40,987 bases of DNA from a virus (IMGVR_UViG_3300027808_003251:1-40987); one strand, 5' to 3'. Counted from the stretch's first letter, positions 1 through 8,284 are shown. Numbers and translations are program-made. The notes: generated by a model from the letters alone, not told the origin.

Positions 1-356
1 GTAATAAACTTGCTACGAGTAGTTCCGGGTAGCACCGTAGAAATCAACACAACCTTTTTGCTGGTCTTGGCATGCTGGTTGACTTTGTTGATGGCATCAA
101 TCACAGCGTCGTGGCCAAAGTCCTTGGGGGTCATGTGACTTGATGGTACTGAACCATCGTAACCTTCAGCATGTGGTGTTGGCACAGCAATAAAGATCCA
201 TTCGCTTTCATTGACCAACTCGTCAATGCTGCAAACTTTTACAGTGTCGCTGATACGTGGGTAAATATCATAACCCCGCACTGTGTGCTTTTCTGCCATT
301 ACTTCAGCGCAATCAAGGCCAAGTTTACCGATTCCGATAAATCCAATTTTTTTCAT
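1..356 (-). CDS. UDP-glucose/GDP-mannose dehydrogenase family protein (5' part; runs off the window edge)
   Basis: Not in the ORF track; translated by hand from ATG 356: MKKIGFIGIGKLG (Rossmann GxGxxG)...FIAVPTP...ISTVLPGTT, the hallmark N-terminal motifs of this family. AAGGA SD upstream. Confidence 0.85.
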   Translation of the reverse strand, partial: MKKIGFIGIGKLGLDCAEVMAEKHTVRGYDIYPRISDTVKVCSIDELVNESEWIFIAVPTPHAEGYDGSVPSSHMTPKDFGHDAVIDAINKVNQHAKTSKKVVLISTVLPGTTRSKFI

Positions 357-358
357 GT

Positions 359-1690
359 ATGAGTGTTCCTTTAGATAGATTATACAATCACTTAGACGTT
401 TTATGCAACCATGACATATTAATTTATCGCTTCTATCCACATGGATCAAAAAAACTTGACAATTTACTACCACTATCAGACAGTATAAACAATCGTGGCG
501 GTTGGCAGAGATTGCTCAAACCTGGTGCTATCTGCCATGATCAAGAACCTTTGTTCTTTGATCAATACAGTAATACTGACATGCTAAATCAATTTTTATA
601 CAATAAAAAAGTAAAGATGACTCCAGATATTCTTGGGCGCATAACGTCAGCTATTAACAATCAACACTTGAGATGCATAATTGATTCCCAATACAGTGTG
701 CATGATAAAACTTTGTTAGTACACAGTGAAAAAAACAGTATTAACTTGGATCGATACATACAAGCAGGGTTTATTGGTGTTTACTGGTGGGCACATGCTG
801 CCATTGCTTGTGATTGGTTTAGATATGCTCAACACGATGACGCTCTCAAAATCAATTTTGACGCCATTGACAAAGACTTTTTGATTTACAATCGTGCCTG
901 GACTGGCACACGAGAGTACAGATTAAAATTCGCTGAACTTGTAGTAAATAACCACCTACAAATGCATAGCGTAATGCGATTCAACTCTGATTCAGAAGGA
1001 AATAACTATCAAACGTTCACTCCTGTTAATTCTGCGTTTAAAATACAACGCACAGACCTGGAGAATCATTTTGACCCGTGTCTAGTAGATGCTACAGCCA
1101 GTGCAGATTATAACAATAACGATTATCAACACACTGCCATTGAAGTAGTATTAGAAACACTGTTTGATGATACCCGACTGCACTTGACTGAAAAGTCTTT
1201 AAGACCTATTGCCTGTGGCAGGCCTTTCATATTGGCCGCTGCTCCTGGAAGTTTAGCATATCTTAGAAGTTACGGTTTCAAAACATTCAATGGTTACATT
1301 GACGAAACTTACGATACTGTTCAAGATCCACTAGAAAGACTCATGTTCATTGTGAACGAAATGAAAAAAATATCGCAGTTGTCGCTGGATCAAAAACGTC
1401 AACTTTGGCAAAATCTCTATGCTATTGCTGACTATAATAAAAAATTATTTTTTGATCAATCATGGCAACAGAACATTTTTAATGAATTTAAAACCAATGC
1501 AAAATCAGCAATGGCAATATCTGAACACACCAAAACGGGCAAATACTGGAGAGCATTTTACGACGCCTGGAAAGAGTCTCCGGAAAAGTTTAACCACGTT
1601 GAGGTGCACGGATTAATTGATAGCATGTATCACGCTGAAGAAATTGAACAGTTACTTGGACAGCAGTCCAGATTGTTGAAATCTATCTAG
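359..1690 (+). CDS. Hypothetical phage protein, possibly glycosyltransferase (GT10-like C-terminal region)
   Basis: 443 aa ORF; LETLF...LTEKSLRPIACGRPFIL...GFKTF..IDETYD resembles the TEK motif region of GT10-like proteins common in large phages. Confidence 0.5.
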   Translation: MSVPLDRLYNHLDVLCNHDILIYRFYPHGSKKLDNLLPLSDSINNRGGWQRLLKPGAICHDQEPLFFDQYSNTDMLNQFLYNKKVKMTPDILGRITSAINNQHLRCIIDSQYSVHDKTLLVHSEKNSINLDRYIQAGFIGVYWWAHAAIACDWFRYAQHDDALKINFDAIDKDFLIYNRAWTGTREYRLKFAELVVNNHLQMHSVMRFNSDSEGNNYQTFTPVNSAFKIQRTDLENHFDPCLVDATASADYNNNDYQHTAIEVVLETLFDDTRLHLTEKSLRPIACGRPFILAAAPGSLAYLRSYGFKTFNGYIDETYDTVQDPLERLMFIVNEMKKISQLSLDQKRQLWQNLYAIADYNKKLFFDQSWQQNIFNEFKTNAKSAMAISEHTKTGKYWRAFYDAWKESPEKFNHVEVHGLIDSMYHAEEIEQLLGQQSRLLKSI

Positions 1691-2512
1691 CACCGCATCT
1701 AAATTTCCCACAGTGTCTGTGCCGTAATCAAAAGGTAAAATGTTACCAAATGGGTTTTTATCGCTAACACAGTTGATGTTAGCGGGAAAATCTTGATGGG
1801 TAAGATCTTCTAATTTTTTAATATCATATCTACGTTGGTGTGTCTGGATGTAATTGCTGTGTTGGCTAACAATCCAATTGCCCAAGAATTCATACTCGCT
1901 GAACCATTTGATGTTGCCAACATAGTCCCACGGGGTTTGTTCAATCAGCACATTAGACCACGGTTGTTCAAATCTACTGCTAATCAAGGTTTTTAGGCTA
2001 TTCCAGTCTCTCTTAAAGACAGGCATCATTTCGGTAATATAACAATCGGTAGACTGTCTCGGTAATCCTGTAACATTTTCAAATGCTCTGTAATATTCCC
2101 AGGCATGTGTGGTGTCTGGCAGATAAAATAAGTTTAGTTTGTGATCAACTATGCATTCATATGGTGTAACACAAAAACTATCAGCATCATGAATGAATAC
2201 TACATCTGCGTCAATTTTGTCAAGCATGTAAAACTTCATTGCTTGTTGGGTCAGCCAAGACCCGCGGTACTCGCCTGTGAGATACCAGTTGGCAATCAGG
2301 GGAAATTCTTTCACTAGGTCATAGTCATTGACATATTCAAATCCCTGAGTGTTGATTTTGTATTTTTCAAATACTTTTTGTAATCGATTGCCTGGAAGAG
2401 GGCATACTACATACGTTTTGTCAAATTTGCTAAGATTATGATCAAACTGTAGACTCAAACATGCGGCGCCTATACGATGTGCCCCAACCATCAAAACTCG
2501 TGATATTTTCAC
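1652..2512 (-). CDS. Putative nucleotide-diphospho-sugar transferase (DUF6492-like)
   Basis: GTG start with AGGGG SD; WLTQQAMK, DAD (DxD) and FSEYE motifs. Confidence 0.55.
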   Translation of the reverse strand: MKISRVLMVGAHRIGAACLSLQFDHNLSKFDKTYVVCPLPGNRLQKVFEKYKINTQGFEYVNDYDLVKEFPLIANWYLTGEYRGSWLTQQAMKFYMLDKIDADVVFIHDADSFCVTPYECIVDHKLNLFYLPDTTHAWEYYRAFENVTGLPRQSTDCYITEMMPVFKRDWNSLKTLISSRFEQPWSNVLIEQTPWDYVGNIKWFSEYEFLGNWIVSQHSNYIQTHQRRYDIKKLEDLTHQDFPANINCVSDKNPFGNILPFDYGTDTVGNLDAVLDRFQQSGLLSK

Positions 2513-2532
2513 TCTAGACCCCTGTTATTGTA

Positions 2533-2673
2533 TTATTTAGCGGGTACAGTAGGCTGTTTTTTTGGCGCAGATTCTTTGGCTTTTTCCAGTGCTTTTAAAG
2601 TAGCTGGACTGGTGTGATGTGGGCGCTGTTGTGATGGCAATTTTAAATGCGGTTTTCGTTTGAACCAACTCAT
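2533..2673 (-). CDS. Small basic protein, 46 aa (MSWFKRKPHLKLPSQQRPHHTSPATLKALEKAKESAPKKQPTVPAK)
   Basis: Below the ORF-track cutoff; strong GGGAGG SD 7 nt before ATG 2673; fills the intergenic gap; TAAATA promoter motifs upstream. Confidence 0.65.
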   Translation of the reverse strand: MSWFKRKPHLKLPSQQRPHHTSPATLKALEKAKESAPKKQPTVPAK

Positions 2674-2680
2674 GTGTTTT

Positions 2681-2719
2681 CCTCCCGGGGTATTTACATT
2701 TACCCGGAGGGTTTATTTA
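2681..2719 (-). promoter_or_regulatory. SD-sequestering hairpin with a late promoter (TAAATA) in its loop and a second TAAATA upstream
   Basis: Minus strand CCTCCGGGTA-aatgtaaa-TACCCCGGGAGG; TAAATA at 2691-2696 and 2714-2719. Confidence 0.6.
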
Positions 2720-3070
2720 CTGGGTGTTTTTGATCACAGCGCCATCCCACCCATCAGGCAATACTGATTCTTTGAGTTTTTTTATACGATCTAGTAGAGT
2801 TTGATAGAAACTGTCAACTTCCCCGTTCCATTTTCCCAGTAGTGCACTAATGGCTTTTTCACAGTAATCCCAGTGCTGTAGACGATAATTTTCAATTACA
2901 TCTGCATGTAGTTTGATGTGTGCATCAATCAAGGGAAACTCTTGTAATGGTATTTTTTCTATCACACAGTAGGCTGTGACTCGGGTACCGTTGGTATCAA
3001 TTGTGTCAAGTTCTAGTACTGTATAGCTGTTGGGGATTTCTTTAACGGCCTCGCCAAAAATAATGTGCAT
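2717..3070 (-). CDS. Hypothetical protein resembling the C-terminal tail of class III adenylate/guanylate cyclases
   Basis: ELDTI..NG..VTAY and Y..Q.WD...Y..L.DRI...LP.GWDGAV..T recall the cyclase C-terminal extension; no catalytic core present. AAGGA SD. Confidence 0.4.
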   Translation of the reverse strand: MHIIFGEAVKEIPNSYTVLELDTIDTNGTRVTAYCVIEKIPLQEFPLIDAHIKLHADVIENYRLQHWDYCEKAISALLGKWNGEVDSFYQTLLDRIKKLKESVLPDGWDGAVIKNTQ

Positions 3071-3091
3071 GTCAATTCCTTTTAAATATGT

Positions 3092-3883
3092 ATGATGACA
3101 TTCAGCTTTGATTTAATTTCTGATTTACACGTTGATACCTGGCCACGTTTTGACTGGACCGGTATTGCCACTAGCCCTGTCGCTGTGGTTGCAGGGGATA
3201 TAGCCATGGATCGCAATGATCTGGTGGAGGTACTCTCACACCTGGGTAAAAACTACCAGGCTGTGTTTTACATTGATGGAAATGATGAGCATACCAATTA
3301 CCTGGATAATTTAACCTACAGTTATGCCGATTTAGTAACTCGTCTTGAAACAATACCCAATCTAGTGTATCTTCAAGACAATGTTGTGGTGATTGATGGT
3401 GTTGCTATACTGGGTACCAATGGATGGTTTGGATTTGATTTTGACCCAAACATAGATCCCACGCAGTGTGCTCAGTGGTACCAAAATAAATTTAACCTAA
3501 CAGGCGACACAGTGAAAACCATCAGCAGAATGGCCACAACCGATGCCATGTACATGATTAACTCTGTGAAACGATTACAAACACATCAGGATGTCAAAAA
3601 GATTGTGATGGTAACCCATACTGTGCCGGATCCGGTGCTGATCAGTCATGACATCAATCTAGAAGCGACCTGGCGATTTAACACCATGGGCAACCAACTC
3701 ATGCGACAGGCTCATGCAGTGGATACTGAGAAAAAAATTCACACCTGGTGTTTTGGACATTACCACAGTGCTGTGGATCAAGTTCGCAACAATGTGCAAT
3801 ATCTTAATCACTGCCGAGGTCGTGGCAATACTGACTACGGACAGCATGTGTACTATCCGCGTCGAATTTCTGTGGAGTTTTAG
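3092..3883 (+). CDS. Calcineurin-like metallophosphoesterase
   Basis: SDLH, AGDI, GNDE, THT and FGHYH metal-binding motifs. Confidence 0.85.
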   Translation: MMTFSFDLISDLHVDTWPRFDWTGIATSPVAVVAGDIAMDRNDLVEVLSHLGKNYQAVFYIDGNDEHTNYLDNLTYSYADLVTRLETIPNLVYLQDNVVVIDGVAILGTNGWFGFDFDPNIDPTQCAQWYQNKFNLTGDTVKTISRMATTDAMYMINSVKRLQTHQDVKKIVMVTHTVPDPVLISHDINLEATWRFNTMGNQLMRQAHAVDTEKKIHTWCFGHYHSAVDQVRNNVQYLNHCRGRGNTDYGQHVYYPRRISVEF

Positions 3884-4188
3884 GCCTGATCAGGTTCAAG
3901 TTTGATCTGTAAAGGGTAGCTGTTACTTCTAGCTGCCAGGGTTACTTCGATACCTTTTTGTTCGGCAATCTCATATGGCAATACCGCAACGCATGCTGAT
4001 CCAGCATTGTGAATGTCTTCAGTAATGGTAAACGCTGTGTCAGTAGTGTAATTAAAAAATTCAATCAAGGTTTCAATCACAAATTCCATTGTGGTTTGGT
4101 TATCATTTAGATAGATTACCTTGTACATTGGTGGCTCTTTGAGTTGTTCACTTGGTTTGATTTTTGTACGTGTTTCTGATTGTGACAT
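3880..4188 (-). CDS. clpS: ATP-dependent Clp protease adaptor ClpS
   Basis: PPMYKVIYLNDNQTTMEFV...IHNAG.A....PYEIAEQK...YPLQIKLE. Confidence 0.92.
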   Translation of the reverse strand: MSQSETRTKIKPSEQLKEPPMYKVIYLNDNQTTMEFVIETLIEFFNYTTDTAFTITEDIHNAGSACVAVLPYEIAEQKGIEVTLAARSNSYPLQIKLEPDQA

Positions 4189-4202
4189 AATTTTCCCTGT
4201 TG

Positions 4203-4233
4203 CAGTGGCAGCACCTCGCTGCCACTGTATTTA
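4203..4233 (-). promoter_or_regulatory. Late promoter TAAATA followed by a perfect 10-bp hairpin upstream of clpS
   Basis: TAAATA at 4228-4233, then CAGTGGCAGC-gaggt-GCTGCCACTG; no U-tract after it on the minus strand. Confidence 0.5.
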
Positions 4234-4243
4234 CACTATTATA

Positions 4244-4702
4244 TTAGGAAGTGTAGGTGATAGCAATGGCCTTTGGCTTGGCTTCTTCGGGTATTTCACG
4301 CTTTAGGTGAATACTTAGGATACCAAGTTCAAGATGTGCTCCGGTAATTTCCACGTGATCCGCTAGTTGGAATTCTCTACGGAAACTACGCTCACTGATT
4401 CCTTTGTGCAGGTATTTTGCAGTCGAATCTTCATTCTTTACAGTTTCACGGCTGTGCTTGCCTTCAATAACCAAGATTTTTTTGTCCTTGGTTACTGCAA
4501 GGTCATCGTATCCAAATCCAGCCACAGCCACTGAGATCATGTACTCGTCGTCATTAACTTGTACAATATCATAAGGTGGATAGTTTGTTGAGCTTTGTTG
4601 AGCACTCACCCGCATGAGATCATCAAACATGTTATCGAAACCGATACCAAATTTAGTGAGTGAGGGAATGTCGAAAGAACGAAGGGTAAGAGTTTTTGTC
4701 AT
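4244..4702 (-). CDS. Small heat-shock protein (Hsp20/IbpA-like)
   Basis: IGFD, NYPPYDI, AVAGF, YLHKGISERSFRREF and GILSIHL..IPE motifs; AAGGAG SD. Confidence 0.95.
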   Translation of the reverse strand: MTKTLTLRSFDIPSLTKFGIGFDNMFDDLMRVSAQQSSTNYPPYDIVQVNDDEYMISVAVAGFGYDDLAVTKDKKILVIEGKHSRETVKNEDSTAKYLHKGISERSFRREFQLADHVEITGAHLELGILSIHLKREIPEEAKPKAIAITYTS

Positions 4703-4765
4703 TTGTTTTCTCCTTTATTAAGCAAGATGACTTGTAATGTAGCCCCACTATGGGCACTACAAACA

Positions 4766-4796
4766 TATTTATACAGGAAATCTCAACTGTTGTCAA
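4766..4796 (-). promoter_or_regulatory. Overlapping sigma70 promoter (TTGACA-17-TATAAA) and T4-type late promoter (TATAAATA) for hsp20
   Basis: -35 at 4791-4796; -10 at 4768-4773; TATAAATA at 4766-4773. Confidence 0.7.
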
Positions 4797-5011
4797 GACT
4801 TTTGGATATTTTTTATTGTGTAATCACATGCCGTCCAGGTCATAGTAAAAAGAGTAAAATGTTCCGGGTGATTTAGACCAAGTCGATATTTTAAACCTTT
4901 GGCAACTTTGGTTGTGTAAGGTACCTGGTGACGCCGAGCCCAGGCACTGACTGTATTTTTGAGACTATCGAAACTGTCCATGCTTGTGACAATGTCAAAC
5001 TCTATGTACAT
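4793..5011 (-). CDS. Hypothetical protein (72 aa)
   Basis: TAATG-coupled to the bS21 stop; fills the operon slot. Confidence 0.6.
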   Translation of the reverse strand: MYIEFDIVTSMDSFDSLKNTVSAWARRHQVPYTTKVAKGLKYRLGLNHPEHFTLFTMTWTACDYTIKNIQKS

Positions 5012-5235
5012 TAGAACTGTTTTTTAGGCAACTGTTGTTCGCGTAGTTTTTTATTCCAACGATTCTTGGCAGCACTTGCTTTTAGTTTGCGTTGGGTTGT
5101 GGGTTTTGTGTAGAATTCACGGTCTCTAAGCTCGTTTAACAAACCTGTTTCTTGTATTTTCTTCTTGAATTTACGCAGTGCTCGGTCTACGTTGCCATCT
5201 GTTACCAGGACTGATCTGCCGTGTAATTTTTCCAT
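5011..5235 (-). CDS. rpsU: 30S ribosomal protein bS21 (phage-encoded)
   Basis: V.V.DGNVDRALRKFKKK....G...ELRDREFYTKPTTQRK signature; TAAATA at 5260-5265 upstream. Confidence 0.92.
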   Translation of the reverse strand: MEKLHGRSVLVTDGNVDRALRKFKKKIQETGLLNELRDREFYTKPTTQRKLKASAAKNRWNKKLREQQLPKKQF

Positions 5236-5242
5236 GGGTTTG

Positions 5243-6433
5243 TTACAATTCCTTTGGACTATTTACCAGGTTTTGATCAATATCTACATGGCTGATGCCA
5301 CTGGTACGATAACGTGCTAGATTGTACATGTGCGGCATTAGCACACGTTCTAGCTCACTGTGTAGTCCACGTGCACCTGTTTTGTTTTTAAGTGTGCGTT
5401 CAGCAATAAGATCCAAGCTGTCAGATGAGAACTCAAGATCCACTTCATCTTGTTTGAACAACCACTGGTATTGACTCACATAGTTGTGTTTTACTTCTTT
5501 GAGAATACGCACAAGGTCTTTTTTGTCCAGTTCTTTGAGTGCAACCCAGGCAGGAAATCTGCCTACAAATTCAGGAATCAATCCAAATCGCACAAGATCA
5601 TCAGGGCTGGTTTTATCAAGATGTACATCGCTGGCTGTTTTAGTTGACACATCTGCTCCAAAGCCAATGCCGGTGCCTTGCACACGATTCTTAACAATGT
5701 TGTCTAGCCCCACAAACGCACCGCCTGCAATAAACAAAATATTGCGTGTGTCAATTTCCACAGTGTCCCCGCCTGGATGTTTACGACCACCTTGTGGGAT
5801 AATACGGCACTTGGTGCCTTCTACCAGTTTTAACAATGCCTGTTGTACACCTTCGCCCGACACATCTCGTGTGATGCTGGTGCTTTCGCTCTTTCGACTA
5901 ATCTTGTCAATTTCGTCCACAAACACAATACCACGTTGTGTTTTTTCAACATCGCCGCCGGCGGCAGCATACAAGCGACTGATCAAACTTTCCACATCAT
6001 CGCCTACATAACCTGCTTCGGTCAAACTGGTGGCATCAGCAATCACAAACGGCACATCTAGATAACGTGCCACTGTGCGAGCCAGCAAGGTCTTGCCCGA
6101 ACCTGTGGGACCAAGCATGAGGATGTTGGCTTTTTCAATTTCGGTATTGATATCTTTGTTGCGAATACGTTTGTAGTGATTGGCAATGGCCACACTCAGC
6201 ATGACCTTGGCAGCATCTTGCCCAATAACATACTGGTCAAGATGATTTTTAATTTCTCTTGGATCAAGATTGGCTTCTTCAGACTTGGCTTCTGGCTGAT
6301 CTACCAGTAGTGTCTGGCACAGGTCCACGCATTCATTGCAGATAGCAACGTTTTCACCCACAATTAGTTTTGTTACTGCATCTTTGTGCTTGCCGCAAAA
6401 ACTGCAGGTGCTGAGATTTTCATTTGATTTCAT
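5243..6433 (-). CDS. clpX: ATP-dependent Clp protease ATP-binding subunit ClpX
   Basis: C4 zinc domain (CSFCGK...CNEC), Walker A GPTGSGKT, GYVG pore loop, DEIDK, RKH loop, IGF loop, GARGL. Start moved to ATG 6433. Confidence 0.96.
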   Translation of the reverse strand: MKSNENLSTCSFCGKHKDAVTKLIVGENVAICNECVDLCQTLLVDQPEAKSEEANLDPREIKNHLDQYVIGQDAAKVMLSVAIANHYKRIRNKDINTEIEKANILMLGPTGSGKTLLARTVARYLDVPFVIADATSLTEAGYVGDDVESLISRLYAAAGGDVEKTQRGIVFVDEIDKISRKSESTSITRDVSGEGVQQALLKLVEGTKCRIIPQGGRKHPGGDTVEIDTRNILFIAGGAFVGLDNIVKNRVQGTGIGFGADVSTKTASDVHLDKTSPDDLVRFGLIPEFVGRFPAWVALKELDKKDLVRILKEVKHNYVSQYQWLFKQDEVDLEFSSDSLDLIAERTLKNKTGARGLHSELERVLMPHMYNLARYRTSGISHVDIDQNLVNSPKEL

Positions 6434-6437
6434 TGTA

Positions 6438-7958
6438 TTATTTTGTTTTGGCTTGTAAACGTTGCGCCACTTGTTCTTGTTCACCTGGATTTAAAAGTTC
6501 AGGATCATATTCACCAGTGGCAATTTTATCAATCAAATGATCAATATATGCTGTATCGTAAGTATAGTTATCTACTGTAGATTTGTCAACTAAAATCCAG
6601 ACGTCACCGTTGAATTTGTACAGTTGGTTAGGAATCACGTCTGTTTTGACAAAACTATCACCACGGTCGGGTGTGAGTGGGAACGCAGGGCCAAAGCTGG
6701 AATTAGGAGCAGGTTTCAAATACTGTAACCAAGGAAGCTCAGTAATTATACCTTTGGCCAATTTAATACGCTGATTTTTTAATGTGTCGTCTGGGTTGAG
6801 AGTTTTCCAAAGGCTCTTGGCCTCTTTGATTTCTGGAGTATCTTCGGGATCAAACGGATCAAAATTAATTACTTGCTGTGTGGCAGCTACAGATTTCACT
6901 GGTGCTGTCACAGTCTCTGACTTGGCAACTATGGGTTTGAGATTTTCAAAATGCACAAATGGTTTGTCCAAGTATGCATGACGACTGCGGTCAAACTCTG
7001 TTTTTAATTCTTCAACTTCTTCTTCGGTTGAAGGATATGTTGTTGTGGTAGTGGTGTACATCCAACCTGGAGGTGATGGGTCTGCATGTATCCTCCAACT
7101 GGGTTTGTCTGCTGTTTCTTTTATCTGTTCAATTTGTTCATCAGTCAATGGTCCATCATCTGGAGGATATGCAGGTTCGTCGTGTACAAACCCTCCCCGG
7201 CCTTGTCGCGCCCATTCAAATTGTTTGCTGGCAGCAAGAATAAGTGTAAGCGCCAGTGGATCAAATACCAACACAATCAATATAATGACAAAACGCACTG
7301 CTTTTTCCAACACATTGGCATCAGGATTATCTCCGTACACCAATGCCGCAATGTATTTTATAGGACCAACCTCTGCTTCAATCTTGCGGAACTCTGCCGC
7401 CAACGGTGCTCGCGCTTCATTAAGCTCAGTAATTGTTTTCTGTTCGGCTGAGATTTCAGCAAGGAGACGCCCACGTTCCTTTTGTTGAGCCCTACGGAGA
7501 GCCACGGATTTATCTGCCCCCGTTTCTGATGTACTTCGGCCCATGACTTGATCAACTGCCTCGTCCATTTGTTTAAGCGCCTTGCGATTGACATCTATAT
7601 TCTCCCGAGCAGTTTTAATTTTTTCATCATATATAGCAACCTTGCTCATTGAATCGCCTGATACCAGACTTTGATCCGAATGTGCCTTTGACAGGTATCC
7701 AAAGATGCCCATTGATGTCAGCAACATAAGAAATGCCACAGCAGGTATCAAATACATTTTGAATGCCCAGCCGGCTCGTTTCCAGTTGTTGTGCAACCAC
7801 ACTGTGGCCACAATCTTGCCAAGCTCTAAACTGCCACCCATGATGATCACAGGTATTGCCGCCGCAGAGAAGATTGCAACTAGGCCTGCTACTGAATAAT
7901 AAGCGGCTACCAAGCTCAGTAGCAGAGCTGTGGCCAATATGCCGAAACCAAATATCAT
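6438..7958 (-). CDS. Membrane-anchored coiled-coil protein
   Basis: Three N-terminal hydrophobic helices, a long coiled coil, a fourth TM (FVIILIVLVFDPLALTL) and a soluble C-terminus; TAAATA 6 nt before the ATG. Confidence 0.75.
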   Translation of the reverse strand: MIFGFGILATALLLSLVAAYYSVAGLVAIFSAAAIPVIIMGGSLELGKIVATVWLHNNWKRAGWAFKMYLIPAVAFLMLLTSMGIFGYLSKAHSDQSLVSGDSMSKVAIYDEKIKTARENIDVNRKALKQMDEAVDQVMGRSTSETGADKSVALRRAQQKERGRLLAEISAEQKTITELNEARAPLAAEFRKIEAEVGPIKYIAALVYGDNPDANVLEKAVRFVIILIVLVFDPLALTLILAASKQFEWARQGRGGFVHDEPAYPPDDGPLTDEQIEQIKETADKPSWRIHADPSPPGWMYTTTTTTYPSTEEEVEELKTEFDRSRHAYLDKPFVHFENLKPIVAKSETVTAPVKSVAATQQVINFDPFDPEDTPEIKEAKSLWKTLNPDDTLKNQRIKLAKGIITELPWLQYLKPAPNSSFGPAFPLTPDRGDSFVKTDVIPNQLYKFNGDVWILVDKSTVDNYTYDTAYIDHLIDKIATGEYDPELLNPGEQEQVAQRLQAKTK

Positions 7959-7963
7959 AGTGT

Positions 7964-8284
7964 TTATTTACCGGGATTTTTTATCACTATCACGGCGTGC
8001 TTTACCGCACACCAGGTAGCAAACGACGGATCTGGCACTTCAAACCAAACGTGGTTTTCAGGTCTATTTCTTTCCCATGCAAACTTATCTAGTCTACGTT
8101 TGACTCTGGGCTGACCACGCCAGCCATCTCGGCCATATAGTGTTGTGGCTTCTCTCATGATTGCGTACCAAGTTTCGGTATCACGCAGATCAAACCAAAT
8201 ACGGTGCATGATCAAGGGCGTTGATTCAAGCGAGCTGAGTGACGCAGACATGCTCAACGCAGAGGTCTCTGTTTCAACAGACAT
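7964..8284 (-). CDS. Hypothetical protein (alternative start ATG 8209, MHRIWF...)
   Basis: AAGGA SD before 8284; Trp-rich globular part starts at the second ATG; the 5' part overlaps the structured RNA. Confidence 0.65.
   Translation of the reverse strand: MSVETETSALSMSASLSSLESTPLIMHRIWFDLRDTETWYAIMREATTLYGRDGWRGQPRVKRRLDKFAWERNRPENHVWFEVPDPSFATWCAVKHAVIVIKNPGK

Noticed and set aside
171-362. 63-aa plus-strand ORF
   Set aside because: Antisense to the clearly recognisable sugar dehydrogenase on the minus strand.
4203-4227. Hairpin as the hsp20 intrinsic terminator
   Set aside because: No U-tract follows on the minus strand; recorded as a regulatory hairpin instead.
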